Positions 1 through 35,784 of a DNA stretch of 43,914 nt are shown here, in pieces. A program made the position numbers and the translations under genes. Position 1 is the stretch's first letter. Every line of letters begins with the position of its first letter. A model generated the notes under the pieces. That model did not search any database, was not told the origin of the DNA, and was given only the letters and a program-made list of their open reading frames with translations. Source of the DNA: Macrostomum lignano (taxonomy: Eukaryota); assembly GCA_002269645.1 (NCBI GenBank), contig NIVC01004502.1, positions 1-43,914 of the forward strand, in the 5' to 3' direction.

Positions 1-9
1 TTTACTCAC

Positions 10-392
10 AGAGCCCGAGCCTTGCATTCCGGTTGCTGCTGGCGGTGGTTCGGCCGCCGTGCAGCCACCAGCGACCATCTACGACTCCGCAGTTGGCCGC
101 ACCTCCACCACTCTTAGCTGCAGCTCCGGCATTTGCGCTGCCTGTGGAAGCTTCGCCTTCGATCTCGTCTCTTTCGCTCTCACTAAAGTACATGCTGATC
201 CTGTCCTGCGAAGGTGGCAGTGACGCAATAGGAGCTATTGTGGCGGCAGCGGTGGCTTCTGCTTGGCGTTGATCTCGGTGCGATGATGTCGCCTTGGCTG
301 GAGGCGTTTTCGGCTTCAATGCCCCCATCGTCGACGACGGACCTCTGGCGAGTGGATCCTCATCAAGCTGCTGCAGCCGTCTGTCCAGCAAT
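10..392 (-). CDS. Internal exon of an unidentified gene continuing beyond the left edge
   Basis: Long polypyrimidine tract plus ccag acceptor at 393-394, GTGAGT donor at 9-4, and an open low-complexity frame (LLDRRLQQLDEDPL...SESERDEIEGEAS...). Confidence 0.5.
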
Positions 393-888
393 CTGGTGGA
401 GTTTGAGAAGACAAGTGGAAGAGAAAGAGTCAGGTGGATCAGTGGGATGAAGCTTAATTTGGCTGCCGCGATCAGGTAGACAATTTGATACAGCAGGGCA
501 TCAGATTTCCACCAAGAGCCAGCATTTATTTGCTCAGCCCTAGAGAAGCAGCTGTGTCGACAAACAGTCTCAATTGTCAATTTTAAAGAAGACACTTGCA
601 GATGCTCAGCACGGAACTCATAATCAACCCCCGCATTAATCATTGATCCATCTTCTGATGCTCTATTTATGCAGAATGGCGAAAATGTTGGATTTTTATC
701 CCAGTTTGAATCGATTTTCGTGATTAAAATGTCAAAACTAAAGTCGAGATCGTCGTGCCCCGCATATTTAATTTGGCTGCTCGGTTCATTTAGACTGACT
801 TATTCTTGAAAATTTAACTGACAGCTAGACTTAAATGATCCAGTAGTTTCAGCAATTATCCTGACATGGCAATCTACATGTAAGACAG

Positions 889-985
889 ACATGACAAGAT
901 GTCTTAAAGGAGTGAGTAGGACATGGCAAGATGTCTAAGGAGTGAGTAGGACATGGCAAGATGTCTAAGGAGTGAGTAGGACATG
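889..985. repeat. 30-bp tandem repeat (~3 copies)
   Basis: Unit AAGGAGTGAGTAGGACATGGCAAGATGTCT. Confidence 0.9.
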
Positions 986-1029
986 CAAAAAATCAGTAGA
1001 AGCCGGAACCGTAGTAAAAGTTTGAACAG

Positions 1030-1400
1030 ATGGCATCACATGCACTCCAGCCCGCACATGCACCGCACACATGCACAGAGCGCACCCGTTCAAGTCGTCC
1101 CTGCTGGCCATCGCATCGCAGACGGCGCCCTCCTCTCCGACAACAATTCTGCCGGCAAAGCGCGGCTGCAGGAGCTCCAGTTGGCGCAGGCAGTGTTGAA
1201 TGACGGCAGCGGACTGGGCCGCCAATCGCAAGCAGCAGTACATCACCGGGGCCGACTGTCCGTCAACCCGGCAGCGCAGCAGGGAGCCGCCGACGCAGAG
1301 CTCGCAGGAGAACCTGGCCAGCACCGAGCGGATGGCGGCGTCCTGTACGATTCGAGTGACTTCGCCGGGGCCCGAGACAGCGAGAAGGAACTGCTGTACT
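1030..1400 (-). CDS. Probable exon of an unidentified protein (QFLLAVSGPGEVTRIVQD...CLRQLELLQPRFAGRIVVGE)
   Basis: GC-rich open frame in antisense register with ORF 983-1462. By eye the - reading has the higher third-position GC. Boundaries are approximate and no family was recognised. Confidence 0.35.
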
Positions 1401-2270
1401 TGTGGCGGAGGCGACGATGGCAACGGTTTTTGTCTCCGATATCTGGAGTGCGAGCCGATTGATGGCACCGCTGCGACTTCAAGGTGCTGCTCCCGCTTAT
1501 GGCGTCTTCGCGAAGTCTTTGGATAATCGTGGAGAAAGTCCATCATTTGCTTTGTCGTGCAAGTCTGACAGCGGCAGCTGCAGTTGGAGCCCCCAGGTGT
1601 GCCAACTGCCGCACGCAGGCTACACGGGGAAGTTTTTCCATAGACGCATAACTTTCTTATTCATTGAAGAAATCATCGAGTGCGATTTGAAGGAATAAAT
1701 GTAGGATTAATATTCAATATATAGCCGCTGCGTGCTTCAATGGTCTTGGTTACATTGTAATACTACGAATTACCATAGACAAAAGGTTGCAGTTGCATTA
1801 GATGCACATTGAGGAGGAGAGGAGAGAGGAGGAGAAACGAGAAGAATAGAGGAGAGCTTTAATGACTCAAAAAGGGACATGGAACCATCAAGAAAAGGAA
1901 AACTACTAGACCTGCGGCAATTTTCAAAATGAAATGATTTCTCGAATGTCCACGGATCAAATCGAGCATTTCTTGAGTGAGCCGGACGCATTCCCTGATT
2001 CTAAGATTTCTAGCGACGATCAGAAAATTCTTTATTCAAAAAATCTATAATGTTGTGAAAGAATTGGTTGATGCCGGTTTTAGCGTCTCCAACATTTGCA
2101 AGGACGCAAACAGACGCCGACGGTAAAACGTTATTTGAGATTTGGTTCCGACGAGATGAAGATATGCGGGGCATGTCCGAATCCGATAGCCTGGCACCTG
2201 CACTGCATCGTGTGGTACTTTGTCGTATTACAATGTAATATTATTATTCAAAGACATATCTTATCCCTCT

Positions 2271-2664
2271 GGCATCGTTAACTCCAGGGAAAAATCCGCA
2301 GTTAGGAATGCCCTTTCTGCCTCTCCGGTGTCGAGAATGCGGAGCACTTCATCTGTGAATGCCCCGCCTTTACTCAGGACAGGCTCACCTACCTCGGCCC
2401 AAACCCGGACCTCTCCGACGTTTTCAGGCCCGAGAATCTCTGCCAGCTCGTCCGCTACCTAAGGGCTACCGGGCGAGCGACAATCCACCTCCTGGACTCT
2501 CCGGAGGGGGACCGCGCTGCGGACGCCGGCGCCACCGGAACTCCCTGCGCGACACCGCAGCACTAGCTGCCCGTGGTCGCCAGGGGTTAGCGAAATGGGC
2601 GGCAACGCCTCCTCGCTGTTTCCGGACGCGCGGAGCCCCCTGCAGCTAAGTCAAAGTAAGTAAG
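2271..2664 (+). mobile_element. 5'-truncated non-LTR retrotransposon 3' end (CCHC zinc-knuckle ORF2 tail) with (TAAG)n tail and 14-bp TSD
   Basis: The frame at 2306-2566 reads [22 protein letters not shown] (C-x2-C-x8-H-x4-C), with in-frame stops just upstream. The tail is aagtaagtaag, and an identical TATCTTATCCCTCT flanks the element at 2257-2270 and 2665-2678. Confidence 0.85.
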
Positions 2665-3968
2665 TATCTTATCCCTCTTGTCTACTTTGATGTCTCACTC
2701 ATGCCTCCTCTTTTATCTCTCATATCCATTCTAATCTCTTCTCTCTCCACTATTATCTATACTTTCTCCTCACCCTCTTATCTATCCTCTCCACTCATAT
2801 CTTCCTCCCTCTTTCCTCTTTTTTCAAGAGATGTTTCATTAAATGAATCATGCTCAAACAACACGGGTGTATCAAAAGGTCGATAGTCGCTCAGGTAGAT
2901 ACTGAACTCAGAAGTTGACGCATTCGACTTTCACACACCCCGCTCCACCTACAGAGAAAGCATCTTTGCAGCCCCGGGGGCAGGTCTGCTACACGAGACC
3001 GGGCCATGATTTGGCTCATTTCGGCGGCCGTCCAATCCAAAGTTCGCCAGCACCCGTGACAACCGATATAAAAGCCTGATGCGGCGGCCCCCGGCGGTCT
3101 CTTCCCTGCTCTCCTCGCGAAGGTCTGCTAAAACAAAAAATTGAAATCAAAGGAAGCAAGAGAAAGTTGACAAACTTGCCCTGTGCATCCGGGAGCAACT
3201 TTCTAAGAAGCATTCAAACAATTTTTCCGACCAAGGTGCGAAGCGTTTTGTTACATCTCAGAGACAAACAAGAAAGGTGAGAGCTGCGAGGGACTCCCTT
3301 GTATCAAAAAGTGCATAGATTGCTAATCTACGCACATGGTGCGTGGCTGTCGTATTTCTGAAACATACAGTAATTTAGCGAGAAATATGTAAACATGTAG
3401 CAGGGATTTTCCATTCTGAACTGGCTTTTCAGTCGATCTCCCAGTTTGCCTGTACCGGCTCTCCCTCAGCCTTCCTCCTCCCGAGCCTGCCTATCTGCCC
3501 ATGCATATCTTCCATCGTCGACGAAGGATCAACACTGCCTGCAGCCAATGCGTCGGTAGCATTGAGAACTCCTGCACCCGTGGGCCCTGTTCGAGCCATC
3601 AAGTAATCGAATAAAGAAAAATTTCACAAAAAATCCATTTGAGATCGGCGTGTCTGGCGATCGCACCTCGGTCTTCGATGGTGATCCCATGGCTCTGCGC
3701 CACCATTACTGGGCCAAAAAATTGCCATCTTCTCACTCTGCTGGACTCGGCTCCCGGGTCTTCTTTCGCGCCTTGTCTGTTCCTCTGTGACGAGCGGAAT
3801 ATTCCATGCTCTCCGCTATTCAATAGAAAATAATGCAAAATATTTTTGTTACATCTGGACTGGATGCTTGTAATTCGTGCGAAATTAGAAAAATGGTAAA
3901 TCAATGAAGGCTCTGTTGAAAAAATGGATATTTCAGTCCTCATTTAAATCTTTTACTCTCCCTCTCTA

Positions 3969-4000
<32 letters not shown>

Positions 4001-5802
4001 ACCCTCCTATCCCTCTTTCTTACTTTACTCCTTTCTCTCCTACATTACCTCTCGCATGCGCCCAGTTAAGAAAATACTAAATAAACCAATCTAAATTAAG
4101 AGAATATTATATAGATTTAAATTAGAGTTAAATTGAATAGTAAGAGAAGTGGGTGAGGCCACAGGGCCCAAACCAGTTATGTATAAGACATTAACTTAAG
4201 GGGGTTGAGTCCAGAATAATTAAAAAAGGGTGGAGTGCGCTACTAAGTAGAGGCAAGAATGGAGAGCCAATCAGAAGGCGGCGAGGGAGAGAGATAATAA
4301 TAACAAGATCGAATTAGACAAGAGAGAGAGAGAGAGAGAGAAAACAGAGTAAACAGAGACAAGTGAGGGTGAACTGAAGAAATGGAAATGACTAAGAAAG
4401 TCGTCGTGACAAAAATAAAAGAAACGAAACGAAATAGAAAAGACCGCTTTTCATGTCGGATGGCCGATGCATCTTGGTGGTGTGATTTAGGCAAAATTGG
4501 CGAACTCTAGCCAATGATTTGTGGGAGCAGCAAGAAACAGCGTTAACGCCTAAATGATAAAGACAGACAAGACGAGACAGACGACAGTGCTTGTAGCAAT
4601 GTAAAATTAGCAATGTACAATCGGGAAAGAGGTTAAGGGTGTCGTGAGCGCACTTGGGGGGCAGAGAAATTCGGGGCGGGGCAGACTGGCGGAGGGGGGT
4701 TGGGGAACGGCGCGAGAAATCTGAGTGGTGGGGGAGCCGCCACTCTATCCCTTCATTTTACCACTCGCTCTGGCTTCTAGTGAGATATCGATTTTTATAA
4801 CCGCCTCATTGACACCAGGCAGCATTGAAAACCGCCACCCTACCGGTACACTTTGGCCCTGCAACTGCAATTGATGCAATGTTTTCTAACTCTCGCTCAG
4901 GCGTACAGGGTGGCGGTTTTTAATGTTGCTGATTGATTGACTTTGATTTAACTGCAGAGGTCCAGATCCGACCCGACACAGGGGACGCAGGGGAAGGCGC
5001 CTTCTATCTCGCTCTTCACGGCGTGCTGAACTTGCTTTCGCGAGCAGACCACAAGTTCACGACTGATACAATGCACGTGAAGTCCAGCTGCTTTAACTTA
5101 TCTGCAGCGTCCCTTGATCTCAGAGCTGTCTTCAAAGACAAGCTGAGTTTGTCTTTCTTGCAAGCCAAACTTAGGAATTCGCTAGTAACAAGCCAGGCTT
5201 GACTAATTCGAATTTGCTATGCAGCTTGTTCGAAATTTAAAAGTACGATTGATAAGTACGCACTCTCAGGGCTCATTTTGAGTGGTGCCTGTTTGTTTGG
5301 TGAAGGGCATTGTTCCTTCAGAACGGGCCCCTCGTGTAAATACAGCGGCGGTATCAGTATCCACCAGTAGCAGACTCGAGCACTTTTGCGTAGCACTGTG
5401 CCTCCTATCATCACTAGGAGTGTAATGCATTCCACTGAGCATTGGCAAGTTTGGGCGGGACACTGAGCACCACCCAATATAAGTTCCCGAATGGATATCT
5501 GTAGCCCGGAGTGGCGAATCAATTGTATTACGCGACTCCAGAGAGCGAGATCCCTCTGTCTGGCAGAAAGATGAGAGCAGCCTGCTAGTGCAGGTTCCCC
5601 TGATCCTTGGCTTGTATCTCTCCAGTGACCAGTCCCGCCTTGATATTGAATTTAATAACGAATTTTTGCGCAGAATAAGAATTGAGAGAAGAGAGATAGA
5701 CAGAGAGCAGGGTTTAGCAGACGGACTCAAATTCATTTAACGATTTCTTTTTTGTCCAGCATTAAAAATAATCAATTTGATCTTTCTAAAACTGTCTGCA
5801 GG

Positions 5803-6327
5803 ATGCTGACTCTGAAGCTGTTCCGCCTTGTCATGGCGGTGCAGTGCTGCCTGCTGCTGGGCGCCCTGATTGGCTGCTGCGATGCCCGAGAAGACGACAA
5901 CGATGAGCTCAGCTCTGTTGAACGGCGAGGCGCTTACTACGGCCTGTTGGGCAAGCGAGGCCCTTACCATCGCCTTCTAGGAAAGCGAGCTGGATATCGC
6001 GGCCTGCTCGGAAAGCGAGCTGGATATCGCGGCCTGCTCGGAAAGCGAGCTGGATATCGCGGCCTGCTCGGAAAGCGAGCTGGATTCCGAGGCCTGCTCG
6101 GAAAGCGAGCTGGATATCGCGGCCTGCTAGGAAAGCGAGCTGGATATCGCGGCCTGCTCGGAAAGCGAGCTGGATTCCGCGGCCTGCTCGGAAAGCGAGC
6201 TGGATTCCGCGGCCTGCTCGGAAAGCGAGCTGGATACCGCGGCCTCCTGGGCAAGAAGCGAGTTTATCAGCGCCTGTTAGGCAAGCGAGACGGAAGCCCG
6301 TCGCATGGCGCGGCTCTGCAGGAGTAG
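5803..6327 (+). CDS. Neuropeptide precursor (prohormone), 174 aa, releasing 12 predicted C-terminally amidated LL-amide peptides
   Basis: ATG 5803 follows a splice acceptor (tctttctaaaactgtctgcag|g). Hydrophobic signal peptide MLTLKLFRLVMAVQCCLLLGALIGCCDA, acidic spacer REDDNDELSSVE-RR, then 6x AGYRGLL-GKR/GKKR, 3x AGFRGLL-GKR, GAYYGLL-GKR, GPYHRLL-GKR and VYQRLL-GKR; stop TAG 6325-6327; AATAAA at 6482. Confidence 0.95.
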   Translation: MLTLKLFRLVMAVQCCLLLGALIGCCDAREDDNDELSSVERRGAYYGLLGKRGPYHRLLGKRAGYRGLLGKRAGYRGLLGKRAGYRGLLGKRAGFRGLLGKRAGYRGLLGKRAGYRGLLGKRAGFRGLLGKRAGFRGLLGKRAGYRGLLGKKRVYQRLLGKRDGSPSHGAALQE

Positions 6328-7973
6328 AGACAAAGCCAAGCTAGGACAGAGAAAGAAGAGATAGGAGCGAAAAAATATATATTGTCTGGATGCCATGCAA
6401 AAATTAACAATATACTGAACCCACACAAGCGTGAGCCTGGTTAAATCGACAGCTTAAAATATACAAAATTATTTTATTCGAAATAAATTTGTCACATGGA
6501 AAGTGCAACAATCATTGCAACACCGCAGTATATGAGGCTGTGGACTCGTCGCTTTGCTTTTCTAACTGTGACGAAATAAAAAATCAGGAATGATCAGAGA
6601 CCGAAAGCTACCGGTAAGATGGATCAAGAGACAAGCAGTTGGATTAGAGACAGGCTAATCATAATAATTACGAGTATAATGATCAGCGAAAGGTTGACAG
6701 ACCAGACTGACCAGAGAATGATCAGAGAACAGAATGAATAGACAGGCAAAACCTGATCAAAGCCTGCTGCTGCAGACAATAACAATGTCAACCGATATCG
6801 AAGATCGCCCCAACATCAGACTTCAGCATCGCTATCAAGATAAAGTCACATGACCCGATTTGCTTCACTCGATCAGGTTTAAAAAGTAGACTAAGGCATA
6901 ATGCACGTATGCGGTCAGCATTGAATTCAACTCGGTAATTATTAATACTTCGATGTATTTAGTTTTCATATTAATAATTTGAGACAGAAAAATGAGAGCT
7001 GTCTGAATTAAACTTGCTCAAATTTACTAGATGACCGGTGATTTTAGAGACTAGATTACTAGGATACAAGGGGGTACACATTTTATGAGTCACATGATCA
7101 GAGATTTCAATCACAAGAGTAGCAAATAGCAAAGGTTATGAATAGCGGAATAGACAAAGCCAATAAAACGGGTATAGAGCAAACGGAGAGCCGAATAATA
7201 AAAATTCATCAAATTCGTTTCCCTGCTGCGTAAAAAAGGCACATAAATAATCGCAGCATAATACTAAATCAAGTAATACTAATCGAGCATTGTGTTTAAA
7301 TTAAAAAGTTGCACAAAACACAAAAAGAAAATAAAAAGTTGACCAAAAACATTGTAATACAGGAAGAGCAGAGCAGGTGTATATAGAAGTTATAAAATAA
7401 ATAGATAAGGCGGTGTAATATAAATGAAACATTCGAATGAGATTCAAAAGCTAACAATTAAGTAACACTGGCAGTTTTAATAAAACGGGTAGCAGTGAGT
7501 TTCGGTGCATGTATTTATCATAGATCAGAGGCTAGAGAAGTTATTGACCACCCGGAGAGGTGCAACATCGGCGGAATATTCAAAATTTTAGTACAAGAAC
7601 CTTTGCCGATATGTTGCGTAAAAACTTTATCGAGGTATAATTTCCAAATTCAAATCTCGCAGTGGCCCGATTCGCGCCAAAGATTCTGCATGATAACAAG
7701 ACAAGTACAAATGATAAGTCCAAAGGCACACACAAACTCGGATGAGAGTGCACTTGCACTTCAAGTACTGTGAGTACTGTGCCTAGCCCTCATCGGCGGA
7801 ATTCCTCACAGAACTGACGCGAAGTGTTTATCAGTATTTATTTTAATACGATGCACCTGCATGGCAGCCCACTCTTATTTATCAGTATAGTACTGACAAC
7901 ACACATATTGATCCTGATTGTTTTCGTCGTACACAAATGTTGATTGAGCATTCTGTGAACTCTGAATTTAATA

Positions 7974-8050
7974 TGGCCGGGCCGTGGGATTCGAACCCGG
8001 GGACTATGGTTCGAAGATCGGTTGCGTTACCGCTGCACCACTATGTGCGC
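7974..8050 (-). pseudogene. tRNA-derived sequence (SINE head or tRNA pseudogene)
   Basis: On -, A-box-like TGGTGCAGCGG and B-box GGTTCGAATCC at tRNA spacing with a CTTCGAA loop; the anticodon and acceptor stems do not pair. Confidence 0.7.
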
Positions 8051-8168
8051 CACTAATTTCCTATCTCGATCGCATCTAAATATGCTCGGCGAAGAGTAGC
8101 TCTATGAATCAATTTCGCTCTAACTTCGGTCCCAGCCATACTACTCACTCGGCCGAGTAAGCAGGCAG

Positions 8169-24122
<15,954 letters not shown>

Positions 24123-27100
24123 TGCTAAGAGCTGTAAGATGGTGGAAAATCAAATATATTGTCTAGGATAAATTAGGCACAAATTTGGCATTGCTTCCTA
24201 ATTACAAAATTACAATATAAGGGACAAACTCATTTAAAAAACAGCCTAATTGAAATACTACATAAATTAATAATATACATTATAGTTTAGAACTATGTTA
24301 ATAGACAATACATGTAGTTCATACAAGCTGTATGTGTAGATATTTTAGCATCATACTGAATAATATATTTTAGAGGCTTACAAGAGAAGGGCACAAGAGA
24401 AGGGTACCATTTATTTGTTAGACAGTTCTTATATATAGCATTACATTGTATTGGGGAATCGGGCATATGGAGGTGCACACACAGAAGCATGAGTCATTTT
24501 TCCTAGACACATCCAAGCTGGCTGACTTGGTGGAGTCACCCTACTAGCCAGGCATACTGGAGCCTGTGTGCAAACGCCCTAAGCTCTCGATCCCGACTAT
24601 GCTACAATATTATGTTTTTCAATAAAAAATTATTTTTATCTACAACTATATAAATATAACCACAGGTATTAAACATAGAGAGAAAATTTTCCTCGGGTCA
24701 CATTGTGTAATTATCTAAGAAAGGAATTTATTCCACCTAAATATAAGTTATCAGACAATAATAATAATTATTAAAATAAATGTACAAATATATGCAGCTA
24801 AAGTTTTTGAAGGTTATCAGGATTTTTTCTTTGCTATCTTAGTAACTTCTCAATATATGTAATTCAGTATGCTAAAAAAATTTCCTCATCATTGCTATTG
24901 CCAAAAAGGCTATATTGGTTCATTTAAAGAAAAACAAACTTTTAGTATTGCAATGGATTGTAATAAATTGTAATGGAATTTTCTTCTACTAATAGTTTCA
25001 TTGAGCATCAAATACTTATAAAGAGAAATCATAATTTAATTCAATAACATGGGTCATAAGCACTAAATGTTGAAGTATAAGTAACTAAAGTAAGGAAAGC
25101 TACAGGTAAGAAATTAAAAAGCTGTTTGCAATGGTTTATAATTAAAAAGAACGAAATGACCGAACTTGGAGTGTAATAATTTAAAAATAATATCAAAGTA
25201 TCAATAAAATTTTATCTAGAATGAAAAAGAATTGTCACTTAAAAAATTAAAGGAGAACTAGCGGCACTTCCCTTTCGTATTTCAATTCTTGGAAGTTGTC
25301 GCATTGAAAAAACAAATTTCGTGAACTTTAAACTTGGCACTATTTTGATAGCGCATTAAAATTCACTTTACAGTGATAATTTTAGCAATAAAGCATCTTC
25401 AGTTGTTGAACTTTAGTAGACAATTTTCAATTTATAATTATTTGAAGGTTAAAGTTTTGTTATAATGTCTTAACTCCGGCACTTCGTAGTTAATACTTAT
25501 GGTAATAGTTATCTAGATATTGCATTCTCTTTTGCCGCAATTTCCGCTCCATTTCAATTTAATCATACAATACAGCGCAGCAACCAAAAATACAAAAATC
25601 ACTTTTGAAGTTTTATTAAAGATGAATGTTTGTTTATTTACAAAGACACATTGTACAGACTTCGAAGATTCATTAAAGCAATTTAAAGCCGCAAAAGGCA
25701 GCTAAAAACGGGTCATTCTGCTCGAAGCAAGAAAAACTAGTTCTTCGTTTTTCATTTTTTACTCATGTTTGCCCTTCCTCGATCAATTTTGTGCAGCAAC
25801 TGTCTCTATCATATCATATGTTTCTATTCGTAAGCCGGTGGTGCTCACTCAAAAATGTTTTTAAAGCACTCAGCAAAATGAACTAAAAATGTCGCTTCTT
25901 AGAATTATTATGATTTTTTATATGTAATAAGTTGCATACCAAAACAGTACAACATTATGTACATGTAGTTTACTCACAACAAAAGTCCGCAATGATAAGA
26001 TATCAACATTTAGACTCTTTTTTTGCAGAAACTATATGAATAATGCACCTAAAAATACATTTAAAGCAGATCAATTATAAAACCAAAACATTTAGCAAGC
26101 TTCTTAACAAAGCTCACGATTCTTAAGCACGTTACCAACTTTTCATTGAACCACTGTAAAATCCAGTCATTCCTATTCAGCAAAGATTGTTATACCGCTC
26201 GTAATGATTGAAATTAACGGGCCAGTGTATATGTACCAAGTTATCCTTCATTAGATTGACGGCTAAGAGAGGAAGAGAGGTAATTACCACAGCTCATGAG
26301 AATTCTACCGTTAACAATGCACCCGATCCACTCGCGCCGCATTACAGTAACATAATGTATTTGCACGCATGAAGTCTCACAACAACTGCACTCAGCTGAG
26401 CCATCCGTCAGCCAGCTGAGCCTAAATGGGCCTCATCGATAGCAAAGCGGCGAGCCGGGCACAAATAACACGAGCGCTACAATAGATCCCTGCTGGGATT
26501 TGGGCGGACAAACGCACTTGCCCTTACAATCAATTCAAACTGCATAGAGAGGTTGAAATTGAATTTCGAAATCCAGCTGGACTGACGCAATTATACGCAG
26601 AAAAATTGCACTTAATGCTCGGCTTCTGGGTCAGTTGGGTAAATGCGCCGGCTGGAGGATGGTTTGCATAATTTAAAACGAGTTTGATTTGCATTTGAAA
26701 CGGTATTTCCTCGCGGCCTGATGCGCTATATAGTCGTAATTCTTCGTGACGCTAAAATCGCAGCCAACCGGAGCCCAAAGGAACAAGTCAGAAGCCAAAA
26801 TATTGAATGCACTGAAGCCACTGACGGACGTGCCACGAAGTAGCCGGGGTTTTAACCCGATAAATGGGCAGAGAGAGTATAATGTGGACAAAGACACACT
26901 AGTACACTAACACAAAGACTAAAAGAGTTGCTAGATAATATTAACCAGGAATAGAAGGCGATACTACAAGAGAGTTGGACAACAAATCATGTATTCATGC
27001 TTGGATTAAAGCAATTCCAGAGTAATAATAACAAGCTGCTATGTCAGTTCTTACAGTCAATTGGGGCACTGCATTCGGGTCGGAATAGCGAGGCGGGGTG

Positions 27101-27668
27101 AACTGACATCATTCAGAATGCAGAACTGGCGACTGCAACTGAGGTCTTTCTGTTCAGAGGTCGAAGTAACAGAAGGACACAGAACGAATTGGAGAGTGGA
27201 GAAGGAGATAGAAGAAATAGAAGGCTGTAGCAAAAGACATGAAGCCTCCGGTCTCGATTGCAAATTAACAATGGACATTAAAGGGAATATGAAATTGTGT
27301 TCGCGATGGTGGACAGCTGCATGGACAACAAACGTATGCATCAGTCTAGGGGGTTAATTTAGGACAAACATCATAAGCTGGTTTTTTAATAAACTCAATT
27401 GGTTACTAACTATCCTTGACTACTCGTTCGCTAAAATTCGTATGATTTTTGCGCCCGACTTTTCCACAGCATGGGAGTCCTTTTTATGTAGCGATAATGA
27501 TGCGTGCATCTCCACGTCTAAAAGAAAAGGAAGAATTCCCAAAAAATAATTTGCGGGAAGAGTGACAACAGAGAAACGAAAATATCTGCTTTTTGTGTCC
27601 GAGATTCCGGATAGGTCACACGTGAATGAGGTCGGACAGTTTCATTTCTTTTTTCACATCACTCCGCG

Positions 27669-35686
<8,018 letters not shown>

Positions 35687-35687
<1 letters not shown>

Positions 35688-35767
35688 TGCGTGGTCCAGC
35701 TGAAGAGCATCGTAAGTTGTCCGGCTGGAGTGAAAATACGAGTGTTTCTGTTCGATAAACTGTATCT
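35687..35767 (-). CDS. Probable ZnT N-terminal exon (IQFIEQKHSYF...LDHA)
   Basis: A strong donor A|GTAAGT at 35686 gives the phase 1 needed by the next exon; the acceptor is uncertain because it abuts a purine-rich satellite. Confidence 0.5.
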
Positions 35768-35784
35768 CTGACCCCTCTACCCCA

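Noticed and set aside
2868-3318. Direct repeat TGTATCAAAA at 2868 and 3300 as possible LTR ends or TSD
   Set aside because: Only 10 bp exact, with no TG...CA termini, PBS or PPT; plausibly chance.
4933-5736. Moderately GC-rich ORFs upstream of the neuropeptide gene
   Set aside because: No recognisable domain or consistent splice chain; the opposite frames contain stops.
7974-8050. Functional tRNA-Arg(TCG) gene
   Set aside because: The acceptor and anticodon stems cannot pair; only the internal promoter boxes are retained.
24170-26230. AT-rich island as possible foreign DNA or transposase
   Set aside because: No sustained ORF, terminal repeats or recognisable motifs were found by eye; it is more simply intergenic or upstream sequence.
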